DNA of 64,000 nucleotides from IMG/VR virus record IMGVR_UViG_3300034284_003265, positions 1 to 64,000 of that record. One strand, 5' to 3'. How positions within the stretch are numbered: position 1 is the first letter of the stretch; each line of letters opens with the position of its first letter. This document shows, in pieces, positions 55,785 through 64,000 of this stretch. The DNA is from a virus. The notes under the pieces were generated by a model, which worked only from the letters and a program-made list of their open reading frames with translations, was not told where the DNA came from and made no database searches. The position numbers were made by a program, and so were the translations under genes.

Positions 55785-58439
55785 ATGAATTTGGAAAATA
55801 TATATAATCAAAATTATGGTAGTGTAGTAACTACTAATGGCGATCTTGTTGCTATTGGAAATCCGCCATCAGATGTATTTACTACATGTGAGGGGTTTAG
55901 TAAAGTAGGTCAGGTTTATTTGATAAAAAAGGATAGTTTTAAAACAAACTATTCTGTATCTAAAATATTAAAGAAAACGATTTTTCCACAAAACGGCGCA
56001 TTGGTTCCATATTACACGGAACAAAGTTCTAGTGCTGCATTAACAGCTTCTCTGATAATTGAAAGTGGTTCTAAAAATGATTCTTTATCAAATTGTGATT
56101 TTATCGTTGTAGAAACTGATAACTTAAAAGTAAACCAATCCAATTATGGATCGGCTATCGATTTATCCACATATTTCTTGGCAGTAGGAGATACAGGAGT
56201 ATCATCTAGTTATTATCTTGGACACACAAATAACTTTGCATGTGTAGATATATTTAAGATTAATCCAAACTATACTTTTGATAATACAGATGGAATTACT
56301 CCTTCTTCCCCGGAAAATTCTATACCAGTTGATCAATATAATATAAGTGATATTCCATTTTGTACTATTACAGGATCTATGTCCGATAAATTCGGAGGAT
56401 CTGTATCCATTACCAACAACTATTTAGTGGTTGGATCGCCAGAATACAATAATGGTCGGGGAGCTGTTTATATATACAAATATACAGATGCTGATTGTAC
56501 TTATTCTCTTCAACAAATATTAAGTTGTAGTGTTACTAACTATCCACATCAATATGGTTTTGGTTATTCTATCTCTATAGATAAAAAAACTGAGAGTATA
56601 TTAGTGGTTGGAAGTAATCAATTATCACAATCTAATGTTTATTTATTTTCTGGATCCGCAAATAATTGGAGATTAAGTCAAGTATTATCTCAAAATACAA
56701 GTTCACAATATTACACGATTCAAAATACGAACTTTGAATTAATTCCTAGTGGAAGTCAAATTAATAGTAGATATGGATATTCTGTATCATTATATGATAC
56801 AGTTCTAGCTGTAGGTGCTCCCAACGATTTAGTTTATTGGGAATACTCTGGTTCAAATGTTTTGAGACAGCGTGGATCTGTTTACGTATATAATAATCAA
56901 CAATGTCCAGCTGACATTAATTGTGGATTCCAACTTATAACAAAATTATATGGCGATGATGTAACGTTTAAAGATAATTTGTTTGGATATTCAGTGTCTG
57001 TTTTTAATAAAAAAATATTGATAGGTTCACCAAAACCATATTTTCCATTTAGTTCATTATTTATTTCAAATTCTATAAACTATTACGATAAAACGTTTAA
57101 TCAATATGACTTTGGAGAATCTACATATTGCGGACAAACGCTTCTTTATCAAGTTACAGAGTCACTTGTAAATGGAAAAATATTTAGTTCATCGTTGATT
57201 TATCAGATGACAACCGATCCTATATCAAAACGAAAAGAAATAGGAAAGCCATTTACAGCTTACGGTTATTCAGTATCACTATCAGATACAAATTTAGTAG
57301 TAGGTGCTCCTATTCCACTAAATAACGACTTTTATTTATCTGCTCCATTAATAACTGAGTCCGGTAGCATTAATGATTTAAATTATATTTATACATCTTC
57401 ATATCAAAGTGAAGATTGTTTTATTACTTCTAGTTTTGTTTATTTACAGATGGAAGATTGTCTAAGTTGTAACGGATCGGTACCTATTTCAGGCGCATTT
57501 TTAGGCGCATGTGATAATCTGATAATATTTGTAGACGAACAAGGGGAATATTCCTATGCATCTAGTAAGATATTCGGAAAATCATACATTTATGATATAT
57601 CCGATTTACAAACCAATTTTAACGTTGGAAATGTATTTTATAACAATAATAAGTTGATAATAAATAATACAGGAAGTGTATTAAAAAACTTAACGCTTGA
57701 TCCTACCGATCCAAATAATACATATTTGTATATGAAATACAATAGTCAGATAACATTGCATGAAAAGCAATATATCTGCACTGTGGAACCAGGCGAGTTT
57801 AATGTTTCAACCAATCCAACTGCAATAACATCTTCTTTATTTGACTATGGAGTGATTAATACTGAGACATTTAATTTTGATAACTTGGATATAATTTTGA
57901 GATATATCAATACCAGAATTACTGTTAATAACTCGGAAAAATGGTGGAATAATTTTGTGTCAGGAGACATTGAAGAATCTATTTTCAATTTTTACTCATC
58001 TTCTTACACGAATTATCAAGCAAATAGATTAACAAACGAATTGAAATCAAAGTGTAGTACTTTAAACTTCGATGTCAACGGAGATGGTACAGCTAATTAC
58101 CAAGATGCAACAACTATTTGGAAGTATTTTATTCAAGATTTTACAATAAACAATTATCAGAATTATTTGAACCCACGTTCTAGACGCAATAATTACGATG
58201 ATATGGTTTCTTTTTTAAATGATAAAACAGGAAAATCAAACGAAAAATTAGTAAAACAAGAGTTCTTTGGATACAACTATAGTAGTTCATTGGATCCAAC
58301 TGGATCTTATTTGGCGCCATATATAACAACTGTTGGATTATATAGTGGCGCAGAATTGGTTGCTATAGCTAAATTAGCTCAACCAATTAAAAATACGGGA
58401 GAAATTCCTATTAATATTGTTGTTAAATGGGACACTTAA
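55785..58439 (+). CDS. FG-GAP beta-propeller virion protein with dockerin/EF-like loop
   Basis: FGYSVS...VVGAP repeats; DVNGDGTANYQD; C-terminal YITTVGLY..ELVAIAKL. Confidence 0.8.
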   Translation: MNLENIYNQNYGSVVTTNGDLVAIGNPPSDVFTTCEGFSKVGQVYLIKKDSFKTNYSVSKILKKTIFPQNGALVPYYTEQSSSAALTASLIIESGSKNDSLSNCDFIVVETDNLKVNQSNYGSAIDLSTYFLAVGDTGVSSSYYLGHTNNFACVDIFKINPNYTFDNTDGITPSSPENSIPVDQYNISDIPFCTITGSMSDKFGGSVSITNNYLVVGSPEYNNGRGAVYIYKYTDADCTYSLQQILSCSVTNYPHQYGFGYSISIDKKTESILVVGSNQLSQSNVYLFSGSANNWRLSQVLSQNTSSQYYTIQNTNFELIPSGSQINSRYGYSVSLYDTVLAVGAPNDLVYWEYSGSNVLRQRGSVYVYNNQQCPADINCGFQLITKLYGDDVTFKDNLFGYSVSVFNKKILIGSPKPYFPFSSLFISNSINYYDKTFNQYDFGESTYCGQTLLYQVTESLVNGKIFSSSLIYQMTTDPISKRKEIGKPFTAYGYSVSLSDTNLVVGAPIPLNNDFYLSAPLITESGSINDLNYIYTSSYQSEDCFITSSFVYLQMEDCLSCNGSVPISGAFLGACDNLIIFVDEQGEYSYASSKIFGKSYIYDISDLQTNFNVGNVFYNNNKLIINNTGSVLKNLTLDPTDPNNTYLYMKYNSQITLHEKQYICTVEPGEFNVSTNPTAITSSLFDYGVINTETFNFDNLDIILRYINTRITVNNSEKWWNNFVSGDIEESIFNFYSSSYTNYQANRLTNELKSKCSTLNFDVNGDGTANYQDATTIWKYFIQDFTINNYQNYLNPRSRRNNYDDMVSFLNDKTGKSNEKLVKQEFFGYNYSSSLDPTGSYLAPYITTVGLYSGAELVAIAKLAQPIKNTGEIPINIVVKWDT

Positions 58440-58465
58440 TTATATTTATTATAAAATAGACATTT

Positions 58466-58960
58466 ATGGCAACCATTAATTCCGATACTTCTAAGATAAA
58501 TCGAACATCCGTATTCAAAGGAATTTTAGATCTTTATTATTCCAAAGCTCCAGCAGGAGGAGCATTTTCCGCATATGATTCTGGAAAGAATACTATGATC
58601 AAAGGTGTAACCGCTCCATATGGATTTACACAAAAATCAGTGGAATATACAGTTGAACCAGGATTTACGGTAGGTGCAAATAATGGTAAAGAAAATTTCA
58701 ATGGTAAGGCTCTAAATTATAGTGATAAAACTGCCAATGGTCCTGTTCTAAAAACCGGAGTAAATAAAATTTCTACAAATTGGAATGGAAATGCTTCATT
58801 GCAAGATGCTCTATATACTAAGGATCCTGGTTTTAGACTACAAACTTCACTTGGAGCTAGTCAGTTTAAAGACGTAGCTGGACAAAGAAGTTTAGAATTA
58901 TCCAGATACGTTAAAGGATTTAATGACAAAAAATATACCAACGGATCATTTACCCGTTGA
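58466..58960 (+). CDS. hypothetical protein
   Basis: ORF behind a TATTTAT motif. Confidence 0.7.
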   Translation: MATINSDTSKINRTSVFKGILDLYYSKAPAGGAFSAYDSGKNTMIKGVTAPYGFTQKSVEYTVEPGFTVGANNGKENFNGKALNYSDKTANGPVLKTGVNKISTNWNGNASLQDALYTKDPGFRLQTSLGASQFKDVAGQRSLELSRYVKGFNDKKYTNGSFTR

Positions 58961-58972
58961 TATATATTTTAA

Positions 58973-59482
58973 ATGGTTATATTAGGATTAGATTCATCAA
59001 CATCTACAACTGGTTGGTCTTTCTGTGAAAATGGAAAGATTCTTTCTGCTGGTTTCGTAGATACAAAAAAATTAGAAACTACAAAAGAAAAAACTTTTCA
59101 TGTTATTTCGTATCTCGAAAAGACAAAAGAGATTGAAAGATTTGATGAAATTAATCTTGAAGCTGCATTGAGTGGATTTGCGGGAGGATTTACTAGTCAA
59201 CAAGTTATTATTACATTAGCCAGACATAATGCTGTTTTTGCATATATTATAGAAGAACATTTTAAAAAGAAAGTTAATTTGTTATCGGTTAATACGATGA
59301 GAAAACAACTGTTTGGTAAATGTAGAATCAAAGGAATCAAGTCAAAAGATTTTGTCAAACAAGAACTTGAATCGTTAATCCCAGATGTATTGAATTTTAC
59401 TGCTAAAAATAAAAAAGGTAATTGGGATGAACGTAATGGCGATATGTATGACGCTATAGTTGCAGGTTTGTATAAGAATTAA
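58973..59482 (+). CDS. RuvC-like Holliday junction resolvase
   Basis: ILGLDSSTSTTGW, INLE, DMYDAIV. Confidence 0.85.
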   Translation: MVILGLDSSTSTTGWSFCENGKILSAGFVDTKKLETTKEKTFHVISYLEKTKEIERFDEINLEAALSGFAGGFTSQQVIITLARHNAVFAYIIEEHFKKKVNLLSVNTMRKQLFGKCRIKGIKSKDFVKQELESLIPDVLNFTAKNKKGNWDERNGDMYDAIVAGLYKN

Positions 59483-59524
59483 AAGACTTGATTTTATTTA
59501 AATCATCTGTTATTCTAAGATGAA

Positions 59525-60439
59525 ATGATTAATAGTTCGGTTATAGAAACACTATCAAAGTTGTTTAAGCAAAAACCACATATTCAAAAAGGTGGAGCTG
59601 AAATACTTGTGTTTTGTACAAACTGCAATCATCACAAACGTAAACTGAACATTAATACTACAACTGGATATTACCAGTGTTGGGTATGTGGATTTAGCGG
59701 CAAGAGTTTTACATCTCTTCTTAAGAAACTAAAAGCGTCTTCTGAATATTATCAGATTTTATGTAAGAATAAAATCAGAGTAAGTTATGTACCCGAAGAG
59801 AAAAAGACACTAACTTTACCAATTGAATTTAAACCATTATACAAATCAAATGGTGATTTGATATATAAACACGCACTTAATTATTGTTTTAAACGAAATT
59901 TAAGTATACACGAAATTGTACGTTACAATATAGGATATTGTGCGTCCGGTCAATTTGCTAATAGAGTAATAGTGCCGTCATATGATAAAGATGGAAATTT
60001 AAATTTTTATTGTGGTAGAGATTTTTATAACAGTAAACTCAAATACAGATTATGTGATGGTAGTAAAGACATTATCGGATTTGAACTGTTTACCGATTTT
60101 ACTAAACCCATTACAATCGTTGAAGGACCATTTGATGCACTTTCTGTAAAGTATAATGTTGTGCCTTTATTTGGGAAAACTATGTCTCGGAAGTTAAAAA
60201 TGAAACTAATGGAATATAGACCGCCATATGTAAATGTTTTGTTGGATAATGATGCTTTGGGATCTAGTTTGAAAATATGTGAATTTTTAATTTCTAATGA
60301 TATTGAAGCTCGTCTAATTTTACTGGACGGAAAAGATCCGAATGAAATAGGACATATAAAAACTTGGCAAACCATCAGCAGCAGTGTTATAATGGATGAA
60401 AGTCTACTATACAGATATAAATTAACAAATAAACTATGA
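59525..60439 (+). CDS. DNA primase (zinc finger + TOPRIM)
   Basis: CTNC...CWVC, IVEGPFDA, LDND. Confidence 0.88.
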   Translation: MINSSVIETLSKLFKQKPHIQKGGAEILVFCTNCNHHKRKLNINTTTGYYQCWVCGFSGKSFTSLLKKLKASSEYYQILCKNKIRVSYVPEEKKTLTLPIEFKPLYKSNGDLIYKHALNYCFKRNLSIHEIVRYNIGYCASGQFANRVIVPSYDKDGNLNFYCGRDFYNSKLKYRLCDGSKDIIGFELFTDFTKPITIVEGPFDALSVKYNVVPLFGKTMSRKLKMKLMEYRPPYVNVLLDNDALGSSLKICEFLISNDIEARLILLDGKDPNEIGHIKTWQTISSSVIMDESLLYRYKLTNKL

Positions 60440-63400
60440 TCGTATTAAAAAATACCGACGACAAAATCAATTGTGTGATGCATATTGCAGATATTCACAT
60501 TCGTTTGACAAAACGACACGATGAGTATACATCTGTATTTGAAAGATTTTATAACGCATTAGACAAAGCTAAGACTTTAAATGCAATCTTAGTTATTGCT
60601 GGCGATGTTTTTCATAATAAATCGGATTTGAGTCCTGAATGCGTTAAGATCGGAAGCGATTTTCTAAAAAGTTGTGCGGATCGTGTACCCGTAATTTTAA
60701 CAGCCGGCAATCATGACGCTACACTGGCTAACAAGTCAAGATTGGATTGTTTAACTCCAATTGTACAGGCAGTAAACCATCCAAATCTTTATTATCTAAA
60801 AGATACCGAAGTATATCGTTATCAAAACATCTTGTTTAATAATTTCAGTGTATTTGATGATCCCGATAAGTATATTAGATATACAGATATTCCATCTAAA
60901 CATCGTGTAGAAACAGATCATCACATTGCATTATTTCATGGTCCGGTAAACAATGCAATTACTGATGTTGGATATACTGTTAGTAATCGTGCTATTACAA
61001 ATGAACTATTTGATGGACATCATATCGCAATGTTAGGAGATATTCACAAACATCAAATTCTACAAGAATACGATGAAAATGAAAGTAAGCCTATAATTGT
61101 ATATGCTGGTTCTATGATCCAACAAAATCACGGAGAAGAACTAAAAGGACACGGATTTTTGATGTGGGATCTAAAAAGAAAAGTCTATAAACACTATGAG
61201 CTAAAGAACGATTATGGCTTTTATACAATTGAAATCAATAAAGGTATTTTGTTCACTGATATTAGCGACATTCCAAAGAAAGCTCGCATCCGTACAAAAT
61301 GTTTTGAGTCTATACCATCGCACGTTAAGGAGGTAATGAATTCTATCAGGGACAAATGTGAAATCCTTGAGTCTACCTTCATTAGAGTAGATGATGCAAC
61401 GACTGATTTAACTTTAAAATCTGGCCAGATATTTGATATTCATAATATTTTTGATGTAGACTATCAAAATAAATTAATTGAAGAAAATCTTCTCTCTAAG
61501 AGTATTTCCACTGATTTGATTTACAAAGTTAAAGAGTTGAATAAAACTATTAATTTAGAAATACCAAAAGATAAAGCTCCAAAGAATATTCGTTGGAAGC
61601 CAAAGACTTTTGAGTTTGATAATATGTTTAGTTATGGTGAAGGAAACGTAATTGACTTTACCAAATTAAAAGGTACAATTGGATTATTTGCACCTAATGC
61701 TAGCGGTAAGTCTAGTATTATGGACGCATTGGCATTTTGTGTATTTGATAAGTTTAGCAAAGGATATAAAGCCGTTCACGTATTAAATACTCAGAAAATG
61801 AGTTTTCGTTGTAAGTTCAACTTTGAAGTAAACGGCGTAGATTATTTCATTGAACGAGATGGTAAGGCTGATAAAAAAGGAAACGTTAAAGTTGAGGTTA
61901 AGTTTTACAAGATTGAAAATGGAAATGAGGTTCCATTAAATGGAGAAGCTCGTCGTAGTACCAATGACATTATCAGAGATTATGTAGGTACTTATGAAGA
62001 TTTTATTCTTACGGTATTAAGTATTCAAAATAGTAAGGCTGGATCATTTATTGATTTGGGTCAAACAGAACGTAAAGACTTATTGTGTCAATTCATGGGT
62101 TTAACTGTATTTGATCAGTTATATACTATTGCGAATGATAAGTTTAAGGAAACAAATATTTTACTTAAAAATCTTAGCAAAGATAACTTGATTGAAGATT
62201 TGCAAAATGTATCGGGTAGCATTGATCTAAATAATAAAAATATATCGCAGTATAATTGTGATATCAAAGATCTAGAGATCAAGAAAGAAGATCAAAACAA
62301 TAAGCTTTTGGAGTTGTCTAACAATATAATTAAAACAGCTAATTTTGATTTTGATATTACCGAATTAGAATCCGAAAAGACACAATTAGAATCAAAGATC
62401 GGTACGTTTGAAACTGATATAAATGAAAAGAAAACTAAGTTTCTATTAATCGAAACCCAACTTTCAAATTTATCCTCTTCATTAAAGAGTTGTGAAAATA
62501 TAGAAAATGATTATGATCATTATAAAATCTGCAAAGAAGACGAATCTAAAAAGTCTTCTGAAATAGAGAAATTGAAAGTTGTAGTCAAGAACAAGATTGA
62601 TAAGTTGAAAAAGTTAGAGGAACATAAGTATGATCCTAATTGCACGTACTGCGTAAATAACGTATTCGTAAAAGATGCTATTAAAACTAAGGAAGAACTT
62701 GAGCTTGATAAAAACAAAGGCAAAATCTTAGTAGAAGAATTTAATGTCATCAAATCTAAGTTGGATTCATTTGGAGATATTGAATCTCGTTATAAGGAAT
62801 GTCAACGTATAGATGCTGAAAAAGTTAAATTAGAAAAGACCAAAGAAGTTTTATCTACGTCAATATTGCGTGATGAAAACTTCAAGATCCGATTGCAAAA
62901 TGATTTGAACGGGGTAATTCAAAATATTGATACTTTTTATAAGAACAAAGATATTATTGAAAACAATTCTAAACTACTTGTTAGTGTTAATGAAGTAAAA
63001 ACTATTGTTAAAAATATTGAATCGGAGATTAAATCAGTAAATAATAGATTGTTTACCTCTTCTACTGAAAAAGGCAAGTTAGAATTACAATATAAAAATA
63101 CTACGGAACAACTAAATAAAGTTAAGGAACTTGAATCATCATATGAGGCTTATAAGCTTTATACTAATATTATTAGTCGAGATGGAATTCCATATGAAAT
63201 CATCACTAAAACATTGCCTGAAATAGAAAAAGAAGTTAATAACATTCTACAACAAATTGTTGAATTCTCTATCACTCTTCAGACAGACGGAAAGAATATT
63301 ATGACCAATATAGTTTATGATGATAAACGTTGGCCACTAGAAATGGCTAGTGGCATGGAGAAGTTTGTCAGTGGTTTGGCTATTAGAGTAGCTTTAATCA

Positions 63401-63621
63401 ATATTAGCAATCTACCAAGACCAAATATTATTTGTATTGATGAAGGATTTGGCTGTGCTGATAGTGATCATTTGGGTCAGATGGGAGCTTTGTTTAGTTA
63501 TTTGAAACATCAATTTGATTTTATTTGGATAATTAGTCACTTGGATCAGATGCGTGACATGGTAGATGAACAAATTGAAATAAAAAAAGAGAATGGGTTT
63601 AGCAAAGTGTTATATAAATAA
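60436..63621 (+). CDS. fused SbcD (Mre11/gp47) nuclease-SbcC (Rad50/gp46) ATPase
   Basis: HIADIH, GDVF, GNHD, GDIH; APNASGKSS, CTYC hook, ASGME, IDEGF, ISH. Confidence 0.92.
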   Translation: MIVLKNTDDKINCVMHIADIHIRLTKRHDEYTSVFERFYNALDKAKTLNAILVIAGDVFHNKSDLSPECVKIGSDFLKSCADRVPVILTAGNHDATLANKSRLDCLTPIVQAVNHPNLYYLKDTEVYRYQNILFNNFSVFDDPDKYIRYTDIPSKHRVETDHHIALFHGPVNNAITDVGYTVSNRAITNELFDGHHIAMLGDIHKHQILQEYDENESKPIIVYAGSMIQQNHGEELKGHGFLMWDLKRKVYKHYELKNDYGFYTIEINKGILFTDISDIPKKARIRTKCFESIPSHVKEVMNSIRDKCEILESTFIRVDDATTDLTLKSGQIFDIHNIFDVDYQNKLIEENLLSKSISTDLIYKVKELNKTINLEIPKDKAPKNIRWKPKTFEFDNMFSYGEGNVIDFTKLKGTIGLFAPNASGKSSIMDALAFCVFDKFSKGYKAVHVLNTQKMSFRCKFNFEVNGVDYFIERDGKADKKGNVKVEVKFYKIENGNEVPLNGEARRSTNDIIRDYVGTYEDFILTVLSIQNSKAGSFIDLGQTERKDLLCQFMGLTVFDQLYTIANDKFKETNILLKNLSKDNLIEDLQNVSGSIDLNNKNISQYNCDIKDLEIKKEDQNNKLLELSNNIIKTANFDFDITELESEKTQLESKIGTFETDINEKKTKFLLIETQLSNLSSSLKSCENIENDYDHYKICKEDESKKSSEIEKLKVVVKNKIDKLKKLEEHKYDPNCTYCVNNVFVKDAIKTKEELELDKNKGKILVEEFNVIKSKLDSFGDIESRYKECQRIDAEKVKLEKTKEVLSTSILRDENFKIRLQNDLNGVIQNIDTFYKNKDIIENNSKLLVSVNEVKTIVKNIESEIKSVNNRLFTSSTEKGKLELQYKNTTEQLNKVKELESSYEAYKLYTNIISRDGIPYEIITKTLPEIEKEVNNILQQIVEFSITLQTDGKNIMTNIVYDDKRWPLEMASGMEKFVSGLAIRVALINISNLPRPNIICIDEGFGCADSDHLGQMGALFSYLKHQFDFIWIISHLDQMRDMVDEQIEIKKENGFSKVLYK

Positions 63622-63623
63622 AA

Positions 63624-64000
63624 ATGATAGATTTAGATATTACATATAATTGTACAGAAAATGTTATTACTGTAAAAAATAACGCAACCAGTTTTACAGG
63701 AGTATTATGGTTTTCAATTACAGACTGTGAAACAAATCTTAATGTAACATGTTGGTGGATGAATACTGCTCCATATGAATTCCAAACTTGGAATTTGCCT
63801 TTAAATTATTATGAAGTTGTAAAAGAATTTGATATTAATGTGATGGATGAACAGTTTAATTTACTTTTTAAAAAAAACATACAATTAAAAAAATTCACTT
63901 CCAAAATAGATTTCAAACCAAAAAATAAAATGGAAGTTACATATGGATCTTGGGAGTCGCTTGTTTATAGAAATGAGTATGACATAAAAATTAGATCAGA
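63624..64000 (+). CDS. hypothetical protein, truncated by the window end
   Basis: open frame from ATG 63624 to the end. Confidence 0.5.
   Translation, partial: MIDLDITYNCTENVITVKNNATSFTGVLWFSITDCETNLNVTCWWMNTAPYEFQTWNLPLNYYEVVKEFDINVMDEQFNLLFKKNIQLKKFTSKIDFKPKNKMEVTYGSWESLVYRNEYDIKIRS

Overview
This 64 kb window looks like part of a large (jumbo-type), AT-rich myovirus-like bacteriophage genome. The host is probably a Gram-negative, sigma70-promoter bacterium, with weak hints of Verrucomicrobia. 1-14.75 kb is an early region of about 40 small ORFs, most with their own repeated TTGACn-16/17-TAnnnT promoter placed 9-10 nt before the ATG (near-leaderless). It includes an SF2 helicase and a 1.2 kb ORF-free array of stem-closed and tRNA-like small RNAs (7.6-8.8 kb). 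16.2-27.8 kb holds two tRNA arrays (33 tRNA genes covering 19 amino acids, no Met), many non-tRNA structured RNAs interleaved with them, and a tmRNA. Main finding: each tRNA array is preceded by a short leader-peptide ORF with overlapping antiterminator/terminator hairpins, and the leader's codons are almost exclusively those read by tRNAs of its own array. Leader 1 (MRVHYTNIKRWNTFTNCEDR...) matches the T,H,R,E,W,N,Y,F,K,D,I,C array; leader 2 (MNLISQPSQASQLPSGS) matches the V,P,L,S,G,Q,A array. This suggests a ribosome-mediated attenuator that senses tRNA supply and controls the phage tRNA operons. 28-64 kb holds late and replication genes: PhoH, fibre-like proteins, Hsp20, a gp55-like sigma factor, baseplate genes (gp5-, gp25- and gp6-like), other virion proteins, RuvC-like resolvase, primase and a fused SbcD-SbcC nuclease. 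All calls were made by eye from sequence motifs; no searches were run.
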